Assembly: GCA_041737385.1 (NCBI GenBank)
Contig: JBGSRU010000002.1
Span: 205,437-269,436 of the forward strand
Direction: 5' to 3'
DNA length: 64,000 nt
Source of the DNA: Candidatus Saccharimonadales bacterium
GTDB taxonomy: Bacteria; Patescibacteriota; Saccharimonadia; Saccharimonadales; SZUA-47
The notes beneath the pieces were generated by a model. That model made no database searches and was not told where the DNA came from. It was given only the letters and a program-made list of their open reading frames with translations. Of the stretch, positions 62,992 to 64,000 are shown piece after piece. The stretch's first letter is position 1, and the number at the start of each line of letters is the position of its first letter. Position numbers and translations under genes: made by a program.

Positions 62992-63870
62992 TCATTCTAA
63001 CAGACGGTCTCTCCCTACCCAGACTAGCTCCCACGGTTCCGGATCAGGGCCAAGGAACTGAGCCGTCTCAGGATAGCTTGGAATCCAGCCAAATTCTTTC
63101 AATTGTAAAAAGTTTTCTGCAGTGAACCAGCTATAGCAAGCTGTTTCTTTTAAGTTGTAGCTACCAACACCGTTACAGGCTATATCAATAGTGTAGCCAG
63201 TGTGATGTTTTGAATATCCGGGAGGAGCTGCTCGCTTCAGCAGCGTGTATACTGCTTCATCAGCATTACCAGCAGCCACTGAAGCAACTGATATTCCTGC
63301 GCTGCGTAGACTTTGCAAAAACAACACCCGTTGATCATCTACAGAACGGTAAGCAGAAGTTAACTCTAGTTTATAGCCTGCAGCAGTGGCTGATTTTTTA
63401 AGGGAATTCCAGTCAAGCACTGCTAGTGTCTGCATTGTAAATCCATCAATCATCTGCAGTTCAGCACTTGGTAAATTCTGCAGTTGATAGCCTCTGTCTT
63501 CAGCAATTTTTCTAATTCGTACATCAGCTTCATCGTTTCCAGTAATTGTAGGCGGATTCTCTACTCGCTTCAGATCAGGGAGCAAGACATTATTGAAAAA
63601 TACTTTGAACTCATCGTCCGTAAAAACACGAATTGTATCTAGAACTACGTCTATCGGTACTTCTGTATTTGGTTCAACAACAGGACTACTTACAGAAACA
63701 GCATCGACTAATACGCTAGTTTTTTCAATAGTTTGTTGCGAACGGTAGATCAATAAAACCGTAAGAAAGCTCACGAACAGGAAAATAACAAATGTAGTTA
63801 TAAGTTTAATCCTTGGACGCTTAGTAACTGATTTTCTATTATTGAAATCTCTCGGATCAATTAAACGCAT
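62992..63870 (-). CDS. VanY/M15B-like D,D-carboxypeptidase, membrane anchored
   Basis: SAYRS...Q, YSKHHTGYTIDI and EPWELVWVG motifs. Confidence 0.75.
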   Translation of the reverse strand: MRLIDPRDFNNRKSVTKRPRIKLITTFVIFLFVSFLTVLLIYRSQQTIEKTSVLVDAVSVSSPVVEPNTEVPIDVVLDTIRVFTDDEFKVFFNNVLLPDLKRVENPPTITGNDEADVRIRKIAEDRGYQLQNLPSAELQMIDGFTMQTLAVLDWNSLKKSATAAGYKLELTSAYRSVDDQRVLFLQSLRSAGISVASVAAGNADEAVYTLLKRAAPPGYSKHHTGYTIDIACNGVGSYNLKETACYSWFTAENFLQLKEFGWIPSYPETAQFLGPDPEPWELVWVGRDRLLE

Positions 63871-63925
63871 TATCTAAAGTATACACGCTTGTGCTAACAG
63901 AGGACAGCGTGCTACCATAAAGCTA

Positions 63926-64000
63926 ATGATTAGAAAAAAAGTACTAGTGGTGGGTGGTGGTTTTGCTGGGGTAAAAACAGCACTTGAATTATCAAATGAC
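63926..64000 (+). CDS. FAD/NAD(P)-binding oxidoreductase (type II NADH dehydrogenase-like), 5' fragment
   Basis: MIRKKVLVVGGGFAGVKTALELSND is a Rossmann GGGxxG start. The gene runs off the window. Confidence 0.6.
   Translation, partial: MIRKKVLVVGGGFAGVKTALELSND

Noticed and set aside
1-64000. Alternative genetic code (UGA or UAA reassignment, as in some candidate phyla)
   Set aside because: Conserved genes give full-length products with the standard code and end at TGA, TAA or TAG in expected places. The single in-frame TAA at 35409 is isolated.

Overview
Gene-dense, low-GC bacterial chromosome segment read with the standard code (TGA, TAA and TAG all act as stops). I call about 75 protein genes and 4 intact tRNAs; there is no rRNA, CRISPR array, transposase or integrase. 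The gene content fits a reduced, salvage-dependent bacterium, possibly CPR/Saccharibacteria-like (inference): translation genes (rplQ-rplM-rpsI, rpmG, secE-nusG-rplK-rplA, rplJ-rplL, trpS, cysS, typA), replication genes (dnaX, dnaB, holB, recR, ybaB), purine and thymidylate salvage (purA, purB, dcd, Tmk-ThyX fusion, tdk, NUDIX), a GH15/GH57/GT4 glucan operon, envelope glycosyltransferases and peptidoglycan peptidases (one VanX-like, two VanY-like, CapA).

The most unusual signals are at RNA level:
1. Four short-ORF leaders (1665-1820, 2799-2921, 5167-5300, 43592-43749). In each, the last codons of a 22-28 codon ORF are complementary to the 5' arm of a downstream intrinsic terminator. Geometry is constant and the base changes are compensatory. 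Three of the four carry Trp codons, and one heads a gene string that contains trpS.
2. A tRNA-Trp locus (29382-29984) with one intact gene plus decayed tRNA-Trp-like copies. These copies are interrupted by three related structured insertions (TGAR-hairpin-GCAAG...GTGGG) whose hairpins covary.
3. A tRNA-Thr locus (10782-11174) with a triple 18-nt repeat of the tRNA 3' end. The repeats delimit two roughly 80-nt structured units. A 5' tRNA fragment with an inverted D-arm copy lies upstream.
4. A TrpR-family gene whose apparently leaderless promoter carries three CTAG/TTAG-type half sites at 8-bp phasing.

Other points: small unassignable ORFs sit between nusG, rplK, rplA and rplJ, one of them with an in-frame TAA. 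A GC-richer island carries a UmuC-like polymerase. All functional interpretations are inference from sequence and need computation or experiment.
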